From an uncultured virus (IMG/VR IMGVR_UViG_3300002220_000624) (Duplodnaviria > Heunggongvirae > Uroviricota > Caudoviricetes), in IMG/VR virus record IMGVR_UViG_3300002220_000624: a DNA stretch of 64,000 nucleotides; one strand, written 5' to 3'. The notes below the pieces were generated by a model. That model was given only the letters and a program-made list of their open reading frames with translations. It searched no databases and was not told the origin of the DNA. Positions 53,225-63,431 of the stretch are shown here, in pieces (the stretch's first letter is position 1; each line of letters begins with the position of its first letter). The translations under genes were made by a program, and so were the position numbers.

Positions 53225-53815
53225 ATGCAGAATTCTATCTTATTAGATAGGCCGATGGGAGAAAAGATTATACTATGTAATAAAAAAACTATCAGCAGCA
53301 CTCGTGAAAAAGATAATCCAGAAAAAAAGTTATACATCAGAACCAAGCACGCAATCAATCAACTCAACGGCGAGACATATCAAGCTATCGACAAGATGCT
53401 ATGCACAGTTATTCCGAGTATTCAAAATACTCCATACAAATCACAGCCATCAGTAAAGATGCTCTCATTACGAGGGATTCTTTTGTTCAATCTCAATGAA
53501 ACCAATATAACAATATTCTTCTCAACAGCAGTTCTTACAGGAGAGCAGTATGATCTAATATCAGAATGCCTGCGACCTGTCCCATCGCTTGCATCGACAC
53601 AAGAAAAAGATTGCGACAGTTTGTTCAAGTTCGATTTTCATGCAGTATCAATAAATAACATGGCATCAATGCGAAACATTATTCCACCAGTAATCTGCAC
53701 TGCAATTTTATATTCACTCGTTCGCAACTTATTCTTTGAAATGTATTCATTCGATATTATTAGTGGAAACTCATTAGATTCATCAACGTCAATCAAACTA
53801 CTAAACAGGCAGTAA
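53225..53815 (+). CDS. hypothetical protein
   Basis: 196-aa ORF. Confidence 0.55.
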   Translation: MQNSILLDRPMGEKIILCNKKTISSTREKDNPEKKLYIRTKHAINQLNGETYQAIDKMLCTVIPSIQNTPYKSQPSVKMLSLRGILLFNLNETNITIFFSTAVLTGEQYDLISECLRPVPSLASTQEKDCDSLFKFDFHAVSINNMASMRNIIPPVICTAILYSLVRNLFFEMYSFDIISGNSLDSSTSIKLLNRQ

Positions 53816-53821
53816 TCAGCT

Positions 53822-55039
53822 ATGACAGCACCACAAGTAATTCCACCACAGGTAATTCCATCATCTGACATCAACGAACTTATTTATAGGCAAAGTTTAA
53901 TCAATGATATATCAACATGCCCAAAAATGGCATCTTATAAATGGTTGTATTCATTCAACTCTGCATCACATAATAGAGTCGGGTCCGAAAATGGTGCAGC
54001 TATTCTAGATGCATACGACGATATTTCTATTCCATTTAACTCTGCTGTACTGGGATCAGCAGGACATGATGTTGTTGAGTTGTTACATAAATTTCAAGCG
54101 GCAAGGAATGCACACCTGAGTCGCTTACAAGTAGAGCGTGCGTTTTCTGAGTTCTATTTTTCAAGGATAAACGACCTCCCAGTTACTCCGCAAATTGCAG
54201 CAGGATACGATACACTAGAGGACGAATATGAAATGAAGTCGCAAGACTACATCGAAATGCTAATGAACTATCAAGAGTTTAACAGTGTTAAAACAAATAA
54301 TTTCGTTCCAGTAATGCTCGAACAGTCCTTTGCGTTTCAGCTTCAATACAAAGGAGAAGTATTTACATTCTCAGGCACTATCGACCAAGCAGGATACTAC
54401 TCATACGATGGAGTATTCTCTGTACGCGACATCAAGTTCAGAGAGAATGCATTCAAGCCCAATTCTGTCGAAATGTCCCTGAACAAACAACTTATTATAT
54501 ATTCCTATGCATTAGCACATGGAAATCCGTCATGCAAAAACTGCCGACCAGTGTACGAAGAGAGCCAAGTAGGAACAACAGCCTCAGCCTCAGCCTCCTC
54601 AGACACCTCAAACTTATTCCTGTATTCGCCAAGTCGCAGGGTTGTGTATAATGGTCCATGCGAAGAATGCATGAAGAAAAAAGGAACAATCCAATACCCA
54701 ATGTCGTTTCCTGCTCGCGGTGAACTTGTATGGATGAGAGACCTTGTAAAACTTAAAAAGGCAAACAGAGGTCGCAGCAAAGGAGACTTTAAAGGAAAAG
54801 TTCTGTACAGGATGTTTGTGCCGCCCGATAGGATTATACACTACATGACAGATATTCTTGAACAGTGTTATTTATTTAAGCACGGATACTCAGTTCGTCA
54901 TCCTGGCGGTCATTGCTTAATCTTCTGTGATTCAGCATCGCAATGCAGAAAAGAATTATATAAATCAGATGACTTTGACTCATTATTCAACGAAGACTCA
55001 CTAAATACACCAGATCTATTAACAGAGCTATTAGCGTAA
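53822..55039 (+). CDS. PD-(D/E)XK (RecB/Cas4-like) exonuclease
   Basis: CPK..Y, GSAGH, LEQSF, SGTIDQ, VRDIKF, QLIIY, C-terminal Cys cluster. Confidence 0.75.
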   Translation: MTAPQVIPPQVIPSSDINELIYRQSLINDISTCPKMASYKWLYSFNSASHNRVGSENGAAILDAYDDISIPFNSAVLGSAGHDVVELLHKFQAARNAHLSRLQVERAFSEFYFSRINDLPVTPQIAAGYDTLEDEYEMKSQDYIEMLMNYQEFNSVKTNNFVPVMLEQSFAFQLQYKGEVFTFSGTIDQAGYYSYDGVFSVRDIKFRENAFKPNSVEMSLNKQLIIYSYALAHGNPSCKNCRPVYEESQVGTTASASASSDTSNLFLYSPSRRVVYNGPCEECMKKKGTIQYPMSFPARGELVWMRDLVKLKKANRGRSKGDFKGKVLYRMFVPPDRIIHYMTDILEQCYLFKHGYSVRHPGGHCLIFCDSASQCRKELYKSDDFDSLFNEDSLNTPDLLTELLA

Positions 55040-55087
55040 CCGTCAAGTTAATATAAACACAACAAGCTAATCTGTGAGGTAATAACG

Positions 55088-57054
55088 ATGAGTAAACCTT
55101 TGGCGTTCGTGAGATTTCTTAACATCACGCCTGTTTTAGCAAATGGCGAAGACGAATTAAAGGCACTATGCATTGCAGAAAACGACCTGCTTATGGCAAT
55201 ATTGGAAACTGAAAAGGAACTGAAAACAGCCAATTCTGTACATGCTGAAAGAATTAAAAGAGAATTCACGCAGCGCAAGGAAAGCGTGAACATGAATGCG
55301 TACTATGACAAATACGGAATTCTTGTTTCACCATTTGATATCTCAGTAATCACAAAGTCTTCTCGTGCTTTTCCAGTAAAGCCATTTGTACGCTTCTTTA
55401 CTGAAATTCAAGTTGGTCAATTTAAATACATGATACTCGAAAACGTAGATAGAGTCATTAGTGCAATTCAATCAATAATGGAACAATTAAACAGCGGCTA
55501 TGCACACGAAAGGAGCATTATTCCAGCTACAAGTGCATCCATTAACCAGGAAATTAAGTCGAAATATCTCAGGAAATAGCATGAACAGCGTAGCTGAAAT
55601 CATAAAAGATTGTGCTGGAGAAAATAACAGTGTTAATATTCAGAAAATCCTTTCGTCACCAGTATACCGTACAGGCGGTGTAGTTCACGACAAGAGGCCG
55701 TATGAAGTTGTAAATTACTCAGAGATCCCAGAACCAATAAAGCTCCTTTTTGCAACATGGTATGACAGGGATGTTCCTCTACTTGCAATGCTAAAACACA
55801 CAGGTCCAAAGATGGCAGAGCTTGGACTCCCTCAGTTAACCTTACCAGACCTGTACTTGCTTCTAGCTACACTTGAAACTAAAAATAAGACTAGGCGTGC
55901 AACTAGTTACGAATTTACAAAAGAACAATTCGTAGCATTTTTTAAGTCGTACTTGAATGGCATGACTTGCGAAGAATGTGGATTAGTTGCTAAACTTGTT
56001 AATGACAGCGGAATAGAGCACGGAAGTCGCGTTCATGCGAAGAGGTTATTTACTGCGTTACAGGCAAGGAGCAGAATTTTTAGAGACAAACATGGAAGGC
56101 GCCCTGTTAGAAAAGTTGATGTAATATTAACACTGTTAATCGACAAAATGAGATTCTCTAGTGGGATCTATGAAATAAAGCTAAGAGACTTCCCTGTATC
56201 AGTAAGGGTTGATTTAGCAAGAATGTTTCCTCAATTTGAAGATAAGCTTCTTGCATACGAAAAAGAAAGATTCTCTCGTGGTGAAATTACGAGTGAGCAG
56301 TATGAGGCAATAATATCTGACGTTAAATTAGTTGATGTCAGTGAAAATATATATGGAGAATATACGTCATCATACTTTAGCAACGTTATGAACAGATCTC
56401 AAGACACAGAAGATCCAGAAGAAAGAAGAAAAGAGAGAGTACAGGAACACGTAACTGGCTTGCGTAACGACAGAAGGTGGGAGTTCAATAAACTAAAAGA
56501 ACTAGAGAAGAAAAGAGAAATAGAAGAGAAGCGTTCAGGAAATGCTATGACGCTAACAGAGGCAGATAGCAAGTACAGAATTGAGAAAATGGTAGCAGAT
56601 GGGCTGATAGAAATCAAGAAAGGCGAAAGCGATAATGACAGTGACAGTTGCGATTTATGTATGGACGAAGTTATAGAAGACGCAGAAGACACAGAAGACG
56701 CGGCAAAATCTGTAAGTGAAGTCAGTATTCCTGTACAGGCCAGTGCTAGTAATCAAAAAGACGTAAAAGAAGCGCTTATAGAAAACGAGAAGCGACTTTC
56801 TTTTTCTGAGCGTATAAAGTTAAGGATAAATACTCGATAACATTACTACAACGAAAGGTCACATGTCAATGAAACTTAGCGATCACGATAGCACAAAATG
56901 TATTTTGGAAAACGATTGCTGCTCTTGCGATGAATCTTGCGATGGCGATGGCTGTGAGTGTGAATGCGAACATAAGTCAGCACATTTTCAATTCGATAAT
57001 AATCAGCAATTACACGAAGTCTGCGATGCTTGTAAAAGCCGCGTAAATGAATAA
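55088..57054 (+). CDS. three hypothetical ORFs (55088-55579, 55581-56840, 56863-57054)
   Basis: Tiled ORFs; the last is Cys/Asp/Glu-rich. Confidence 0.55.
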
Positions 57055-57437
57055 TGCTAATCATGTACAGCGATCACGAAGCAATACGGCAGCACTTGCT
57101 TAATTCTCTTGGAGTAAGTGTTTCATCAAAGCCAGTTAATACTCATCCAGATTTAACAGTGTTACGAGAAACAGAGTGGAGTGAAAAATTTGAGCAGTTC
57201 ATGCGAAACAGATTGATAATGGGGTCATTTAGATATGGAACATTGGAAGAAAAGAAGAAAATTAGATACGATTATATTGGATATATATTTACAAAGCTTA
57301 AATCATACAAAGAAACTGGAAACTTAGAAGCATTAGTTGATGTTGCTAATTTATGTCTCCTTGAATTCATTAACCCAAGTCACGAAAATCCTGTATTTAA
57401 GCCAGAAGATAACTTAATAAGCTGCAAAATTCTTTAA
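57054..57437 (+). CDS. all-alpha phage protein, possibly MazG-like nucleotide pyrophosphatase fold
   Basis: RNRLIMGSFRYG...TGNLEALVDVANL. Confidence 0.4.
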   Translation: MLIMYSDHEAIRQHLLNSLGVSVSSKPVNTHPDLTVLRETEWSEKFEQFMRNRLIMGSFRYGTLEEKKKIRYDYIGYIFTKLKSYKETGNLEALVDVANLCLLEFINPSHENPVFKPEDNLISCKIL

Positions 57438-57454
57438 AAATTTTCGTACCCCCC

Positions 57455-57483
57455 TTGACAGGATGGGTCCGATATGGTATAAT
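57455..57483 (+). promoter_or_regulatory. consensus sigma70 promoter
   Basis: TTGACA-N17-TATAAT with a TG extension. Confidence 0.8.
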
Positions 57484-57537
57484 GATGGCATGCAAAGCGA
57501 AGGCAATTCTTAAGAGTATCAAACAATATAAAGGGGC

Positions 57538-57933
57538 ATGATAGTGATTATTACTCGAAGACAGTTCATTGCAAACGCTGTAAAAGTCACTGGTATCGCA
57601 GTTGGAGTTGCATCGACTTTTGCATGTGGAGAAGCTTCTGCATTCCTGTTTAATCGGAGGCGAAGAACCAATACCGTTAACACTGTTAATACGCAATACA
57701 CAAGCCCTCAACACGCTGCTGATTCCAAGGCTGACATTATGGCAGAGCGTGGAATATTTCGCCATCTTGGCGGTGGATATGGTGGCGGAAATGCAGAGGG
57801 AATCGGAAGGGCTTCAACAGCTAATGGTGCTCTAAACAACTGCTGCTTTACAGGACAAAGAACGGTCCTCGGTCAAGCTGTTAGATGGTCAGAGAAGTTA
57901 AGGTCTTATATTGCTGTGAAAATTTATAGGTAA
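57538..57933 (+). CDS. Tat-signal-bearing small exported protein (CAP/SCP-like)
   Basis: TRRQFI twin-arginine motif, ASA cleavage site, H.GG..AEGIG, NCC. Confidence 0.55.
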   Translation: MIVIITRRQFIANAVKVTGIAVGVASTFACGEASAFLFNRRRRTNTVNTVNTQYTSPQHAADSKADIMAERGIFRHLGGGYGGGNAEGIGRASTANGALNNCCFTGQRTVLGQAVRWSEKLRSYIAVKIYR

Positions 57934-57948
57934 ATAGAACACAAAGGA

Positions 57949-58881
57949 TTGCAAATGTCTGACAACGAAATTATCCATAGTGGCAACTTTTCGTTCGGTG
58001 ATTATCAGTCGCAGTTTGATGAAAACATTTCTGCTGGAGAAATAAGGGTTTCTCGCGTTGCTATCATGCAACCTGGTTCTCCAGAAATCACGAATACAGT
58101 ATCTGGCTATAAGCCTGGAATGCTTGTTGACACTGTTACGCGAGAAATCCTTACTCGCGAAATGAAGTCGCCGTGGCTGCAAGGGAAAGTTGACGTGTCT
58201 GAGCTTGCGAATCGCCACTGCCTACTCATTGTACCGGCATTCAAGTTGCCATCTGAGTTTATTAAGTGGAAAGACAGAAAGACCGAAGGCACTGGCTGGC
58301 ACTTCAAGACGCTGGACAGGAATGATCCTCGTGTTCGTGAAGGCTTGTGGCCTGGAAGCGGTGGAACGTGGGGTAAAAAGGAAGGTCAGGTTGGATCACC
58401 GCCTGTAACTGAGAACTGCAACTACATGTGCATGGTAGTTGAAAAAGAGACTAAAGAAGACGGAGAAGAAAAGCTTTCTGTTGTAGATAGTGGGATCATT
58501 TTTACATTCTCAAAGACTTCTTTTAACGCCGGAAGAAGTTTGACGACGTACATCAGAAAAGGTTTTCAACGACGAATTCCGGCGTTCGGAGTGTCGTATT
58601 GGATATATACGACAAAAGAGCTAAGCAAGAACGGTGAAGTGTATTACGCAATGAACTGCGCTCCTGGTTCGGTTGTGAAAGACAGAGACATTCTTGATAT
58701 GGCTTTTGATTGGCATAGGAAATTCTCGGAACCATCATCCGGTCAGGCATTGCAGGCTATGTACCTGAACTCTGCTGAGATTGGCGATGAAGGCAGCGAC
58801 GAAGTTAACAGTGTTAACAACAGCCATACGAGTGCTACTGAAGTTGATGAAGATGACGTTTCCGGTCAATCTCCGTTCTAA
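57949..58881 (+). CDS. putative ssDNA-binding/recombination protein
   Basis: Acidic C-terminal tail ending SPF; lies among DNA-metabolism genes. Confidence 0.45.
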   Translation: MQMSDNEIIHSGNFSFGDYQSQFDENISAGEIRVSRVAIMQPGSPEITNTVSGYKPGMLVDTVTREILTREMKSPWLQGKVDVSELANRHCLLIVPAFKLPSEFIKWKDRKTEGTGWHFKTLDRNDPRVREGLWPGSGGTWGKKEGQVGSPPVTENCNYMCMVVEKETKEDGEEKLSVVDSGIIFTFSKTSFNAGRSLTTYIRKGFQRRIPAFGVSYWIYTTKELSKNGEVYYAMNCAPGSVVKDRDILDMAFDWHRKFSEPSSGQALQAMYLNSAEIGDEGSDEVNSVNNSHTSATEVDEDDVSGQSPF

Positions 58882-59110
58882 GGAATACATTGATTCAAGC
58901 AAGAAGATACTACATTAGCATCAAAGATTGCGGAATAGTACTTGTCAGACCCGCTTGAGAATCTGAATGCAGACCAAGATATAGTAAGAATAAAAAAAGA
59001 GAATACGCAGGCAAGTGGATGCGTGGCAAAAAGAAAAACTCCAGATCTTTAATACCAGAAAACAAAATTACTAATAAACAAAACATGAGTTCATAAGGGC
59101 TTATTTTACT

Positions 59111-60562
59111 ATGACAACCGATACCGCTAATGCTTCTGCTGCTTCCAAAGTTTCTCTCGGCGACTCTGTTATCGGTCGCGCATTTGCTTCCGACGAAGAC
59201 GTTGGCAGTGCTGCTGCTATTCACGTTAAGCTGTCTTCTATTTACATCGACAAAGAGAGCAACTCGCGTGACGTTAACAGTGACAAATATGGTGCAGATT
59301 CGATCGCAAATCTTGCGGCTCAAATCAGGACGACCAATGGTTTGCTTCATCCGATCGTCATCGCTCCGCTCGATTCGTCGAACGAAGAAACTGAATTCAA
59401 AGATTTTATCCTTGTAGCTGGATATCGTCGCTCTCTTGCGCTTCAGAAATTGGCGCATGACGATGGGAATCCGGCTTGGGTCAATAGAATCCCTGCTCGC
59501 GTTACCGAAATCAGCGACCATGCTACATTTGCAATTGTACAAGCTATTGAGAACGTTGGTCGCGCTGATCTTAGCGCGCTTGAAATTTGTGATATGATCT
59601 CGAATATTCTCACAGAAAGCCGCGGCAAGCTTAGTCAGACTCAACTCGCGCAGTTGATCGGTTTGTCTCAAGGTGCTGTTAGTCGATATCTTTCGCTGAA
59701 AAAACTGCCCGATGAAATCAAGAAGATGCTGGCATCTGGAGCGATTGGATTTACAAACGCTGCAATGCTGTGCTCTGGTGAGTACAATATTGAAGATGCA
59801 AATCTCATTCGATTGGCGAAGATCGGAAGTAAGTTTACAACAGCAGCGTTTAAGGAACTGCTTGACAGCAGGTACAAGAAGCAATCTGGTGATGCAAAGC
59901 CAGACAAAAAGAATCCCGCTGGAAAGTATGTCAAGCCGACGGTTATTGAGAAGATTTATATTCCATTTTTGAAAGAAAAGATTGCGTCTCTTGCTGAGAA
60001 GGAACTTAAGCCTCAATACACAGAGGCTGATATCCTTGCAGCCAGATTCGACATGATCCAGGCTTTCCAGGGCGTGAAGTCTGCGTTTTCCGAAGAAGTT
60101 GAGCCATATCGCCAGAAAATCCAGGAAGTGATCGACGCTGAAAAGCGGACAGAAAAACAGAAGAAGGGATATGTGAAGTTTATCGCAACGCTTGTTAAGC
60201 GAGTCAGAGATCTGATGAAGCTACCTCCTGTAGAGGGTGCTCGTCCGTTTCCGACTATCGCGAGCGCTCTCGTGAAGATCGGTGGCGAGCTTGCTTCCAT
60301 GAAGCAGGCCGACATCGACAAGCTCGACATCAAGATCGACATCGCGAACAGCCTCAAGGATATCCTTGACACTGTTAAGGACGAATACCTGAAACAGGAT
60401 CGCGAACTCATTAAGAAGCGTGAAGCCGCTAAGGCGAAGAAGTTGCAAGAAGAGAAGGAAGCCAAGGCTTCTAAAAAGGAAGCCGGAGAAGATGCGACCG
60501 CAAAAACCAAGGCTGCCAAGGGCGAGAAGTCGTCTGACAAATCGGCCAAGAAAAAGGAGTAA
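59111..60562 (+). CDS. parB: ParB/Spo0J-family protein with Lys-rich tail
   Basis: NSR, LAAQI..GLLHPIVI, LVAGYRR, IENVGRADLS, HTH SQTQLAQLIGLSQGAVSRYL. Confidence 0.85.
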   Translation: MTTDTANASAASKVSLGDSVIGRAFASDEDVGSAAAIHVKLSSIYIDKESNSRDVNSDKYGADSIANLAAQIRTTNGLLHPIVIAPLDSSNEETEFKDFILVAGYRRSLALQKLAHDDGNPAWVNRIPARVTEISDHATFAIVQAIENVGRADLSALEICDMISNILTESRGKLSQTQLAQLIGLSQGAVSRYLSLKKLPDEIKKMLASGAIGFTNAAMLCSGEYNIEDANLIRLAKIGSKFTTAAFKELLDSRYKKQSGDAKPDKKNPAGKYVKPTVIEKIYIPFLKEKIASLAEKELKPQYTEADILAARFDMIQAFQGVKSAFSEEVEPYRQKIQEVIDAEKRTEKQKKGYVKFIATLVKRVRDLMKLPPVEGARPFPTIASALVKIGGELASMKQADIDKLDIKIDIANSLKDILDTVKDEYLKQDRELIKKREAAKAKKLQEEKEAKASKKEAGEDATAKTKAAKGEKSSDKSAKKKE

Positions 60563-60638
60563 CTAGAAGCGGCAAGGAGACTTGCCGATAAACTGTGCGG
60601 AGTAAATAATCCGCTCAGTACGTCTATCTAAATACGCG

Positions 60639-60694
60639 GCGGTGCCGAAATTTAAGTTCAAGTGGTAGAGGGCTTAATTTCGGCACCGCTTTTT
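60639..60694 (+). terminator. intrinsic terminator
   Basis: GCGGTGCCGAAATT...ATTTCGGCACCGC followed by TTTTT. Confidence 0.75.
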
Positions 60695-60720
60695 ATTGAA
60701 TATTCTAGCAATAACATAAC

Positions 60721-61680
60721 ATGGAGGTACAGGAGATAGGACTTATGGCGATACGCTTTAGGAAAGACGCTGATAGCACAGAAGCCAACAACACAGTCAG
60801 TAAAACTGTTTATCAAAATCCTGTACACAGGAAGTATACTGACATTGATGAATGGAATGCATTCATTGCAGCAAAAAACCTTATCTCTTCATGTAGTTGT
60901 GGATGCTGCGGTGATTTAAAGCTGTGCAGGAACACAAGGGTCACTAGCTTATATTATTCATTACGCAATTATCTCATTGACAAAAACATGAAATTCTTTA
61001 AGAGGATTGCGTTATTAACGTCGAAGAGAATTGGAGCATTTAGGCGATCTGTTACTATTGAAGATTCTGTCAGTTCTGCCGTATTGGCCGGTATTCAGTC
61101 TGTAATGAGATACGATCCAGTTCATGGATCTAATGCATCATTCACTACATTCGCTTACCTTAGAATAAGGGGTGAGATTTTTGATGAATTGAGAAGAATG
61201 CAAGATTTCTCTAATTGCATTGCTGAGCTAAGGCGAGACATATACCCAAAGATTCAATGCATAACGCACATACTTGGAAGATTCCCTACAACAGAGGATC
61301 TAAGGGATGTATTGTCAGATGAAGACTTTGAAAAATGCATGAATCCTCTTGCGTTTTCATCAGTGAGAATAATATCTGATGTATTTGAAGATGGAACTGG
61401 AATCGACAGCTTGATAACATCGTCACAAGCAAGGCGCGATGCTGGAGTAAGGCGATCGGTTCAGGTTAACGCAATAGATCTTGATTCGATAATTGGAAGC
61501 GACCAATTAAAGAGCGTTATTTTTATGTACTACTACCTCGGTATGCCGCTTTCAGAGATAGCGCTTGTTGAGGGAATAAGTATTAGCGGTGCCTCTAAGA
61601 GAAAGCGTGATGCTGAGGATAAGATAAAAGAATATTTTGGTGACAGAGTTAACATGGTTAATTTCATGTATTCTAAGTAG
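60721..61680 (+). CDS. sigma70-family sigma factor, FliA/WhiG-like
   Basis: RYDP..ASFTTFAYLRIRGEIFDELR (region 2), LGRFPT.E, region-4 HTH LSEIALVEGISISGAS. Confidence 0.85.
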   Translation: MEVQEIGLMAIRFRKDADSTEANNTVSKTVYQNPVHRKYTDIDEWNAFIAAKNLISSCSCGCCGDLKLCRNTRVTSLYYSLRNYLIDKNMKFFKRIALLTSKRIGAFRRSVTIEDSVSSAVLAGIQSVMRYDPVHGSNASFTTFAYLRIRGEIFDELRRMQDFSNCIAELRRDIYPKIQCITHILGRFPTTEDLRDVLSDEDFEKCMNPLAFSSVRIISDVFEDGTGIDSLITSSQARRDAGVRRSVQVNAIDLDSIIGSDQLKSVIFMYYYLGMPLSEIALVEGISISGASKRKRDAEDKIKEYFGDRVNMVNFMYSK

Positions 61681-61690
61681 CAGGTGCAGC

Positions 61691-61864
61691 ATGCCAAATA
61701 GCAACCCTTATACGCTTCAAGAAAAGATAGAACGAATGTTTTGCGACAGCGAAAGATCTGAGCTAGAAATTGAACGTGCCGCTGCTATGACAAAAATGGA
61801 CATACTGAAAGACATGAGATCAAAACAGATACTGGATAAAAAAGATGAGCAAGAGAAAAAGTAA
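61691..61864 (+). CDS. small hypothetical protein
   Basis: ATG at 61691 after AGGTG. Confidence 0.4.
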   Translation: MPNSNPYTLQEKIERMFCDSERSELEIERAAAMTKMDILKDMRSKQILDKKDEQEKK

Positions 61865-62759
61865 TGCAAGTGATGAGCAAAAAGTAGTACGCACAGTACA
61901 TGCAAAAGTTTTGAGGATAATATACAGCAGAGATGGTTATTTTATTTTCAGTTTCTCTATAAGTAAGCATGATGATGCATCGAAGATTGGTCAGATTTTT
62001 ACAGCAAAAGGAAATGTGCCATTTCAAATCTACCCAGGTTCAAGGGTTGTGCTAACTGGAACGCCAGTGTACGATAGCCAGAGAGATGCATGGCAGCTTA
62101 ACATAAAGAGTTCCACAGAGGACATATCTGATACTGACAAGGCAATCAGGGTACTGAAAGAGGCTAAGGGAGTTGGTGATGTAAAGGCAAAGGAGATAGT
62201 TGACAGCTTTTCAGTATCCGGTAATTCAGAAGGTATATTAGAAAGAATAGCAAAGAACCCAAGAATGCTATTGTCTGTACAGGGGATAAACAGTGAAACC
62301 TCTGTTGAAGTTTATAACCATGTTTGCAACTTCTTAAAGAGCGATAGCGGTCTACAAAAGCTTTATGAATTAAATTTAACAAATCACCAAATAGGTAGAA
62401 TACATGAATGCTTTAAGACATATTCATTAGATGTAATAAAAGCACGGTGTTTTGAGTTAACAAATCTTAACGGCATAGGCTTTTTGCTTGCGTCTAGAAT
62501 AGCAGATGCAGTTGGTGTTCCAAAAAGTGATCCGAAAAGAATTGAGGCTTGTATATTATATTATGCAAATGAAGCAATGAACAACGGAAGTGTTTGTTTT
62601 GATGGAATGGAGCTTATTAACACAGTTAATAAAATTCTTGGTGTTTCAACAAAAGCAATAGTTGATGTTTTTTCTAAGCTTGTTGAGGAAATGAAGATAG
62701 CAGCATTAAACGGAAGATTTGATCCAACTGAATACTCTAATATTATTCCAAAGGAGTAG
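61845..62759 (+). CDS. RecD2-like helicase, N-terminal half (OB and HhH domains)
   Basis: KGVGDVKA..IV, VQGI, LNGIGF..A.RIA..G...DPKRIEA. Confidence 0.8.
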   Translation: MSKRKSNASDEQKVVRTVHAKVLRIIYSRDGYFIFSFSISKHDDASKIGQIFTAKGNVPFQIYPGSRVVLTGTPVYDSQRDAWQLNIKSSTEDISDTDKAIRVLKEAKGVGDVKAKEIVDSFSVSGNSEGILERIAKNPRMLLSVQGINSETSVEVYNHVCNFLKSDSGLQKLYELNLTNHQIGRIHECFKTYSLDVIKARCFELTNLNGIGFLLASRIADAVGVPKSDPKRIEACILYYANEAMNNGSVCFDGMELINTVNKILGVSTKAIVDVFSKLVEEMKIAALNGRFDPTEYSNIIPKE

Positions 62760-62761
62760 CG

Positions 62762-63430
62762 ATGGCATACGAAAACGAGACTATTATGGTTATCAACAAA
62801 AGTGACGTAAATATTGACGATCTTGATATGTCGTTTAAGCCACGTAGCATGCACCGTATTGGCGAACCTTATAGAATCAGTGTTCTACAGCTTCTTGACT
62901 CATGTTATTATACACAGAGATGTGACGATCTTGAGAATAATCCTGAGATTTTGCAGATAATACCATACTGTGTTATTGTAGCTCCTTCTGGATATATATT
63001 TTCATATAGCAGAGGGAAGGAGACATCCGAAGGCAGGCTAAAGAAACTAAAGAGCATAGGTCTTGGTGGCCATGTGAAAGAACAGCCTGGAAGTGGAAAA
63101 GGCAGGTTGATGATACTAAGAGACTCAATAATTCGCGAACTAAAAGAAGAAGTAGGACAAGACTATGAGCATGTACGATGCTTTCTTCCTTATTTTAGCG
63201 GATACATTTTTGATCCAAGTAATCAAGTTGGTAGAGTGCATTTGGGTATTTTGTTTGTAATACCATCTTCAAGAATGTTTGTTGTTGCAAAAGATTCAGA
63301 GATTGGAGTCCACATGACTCCATATTCATGGATCAACATTGACCACCTTGGAACAAATGAAGACATGAATACGTATGAAACATGGAGCGACATCGTAATT
63401 AAGAATAAAGAACTATTATTAAGGTTTTGA
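62762..63430 (+). CDS. Nudix/MutT-family phosphoesterase (YmaB-like)
   Basis: LENNP..QIIPY, E.RL....SIGLGGH, RELKEEVG, VGRVHLG, YETWS. Confidence 0.8.
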   Translation: MAYENETIMVINKSDVNIDDLDMSFKPRSMHRIGEPYRISVLQLLDSCYYTQRCDDLENNPEILQIIPYCVIVAPSGYIFSYSRGKETSEGRLKKLKSIGLGGHVKEQPGSGKGRLMILRDSIIRELKEEVGQDYEHVRCFLPYFSGYIFDPSNQVGRVHLGILFVIPSSRMFVVAKDSEIGVHMTPYSWINIDHLGTNEDMNTYETWSDIVIKNKELLLRF

Positions 63431-63431
63431 T

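Noticed and set aside
53822..55039. Cas4 indicating a CRISPR system
   Set aside because: No array or other cas genes; stand-alone PD-(D/E)XK nucleases are common in phages.
58910..60549. Long - strand ORFs (368 aa, 178 aa)
   Set aside because: Antisense shadows of parB with no recognisable motifs.
60650..60680. tRNA D-loop-like AGTGGTAGAG
   Set aside because: No cloverleaf; it is the loop of a terminator hairpin.
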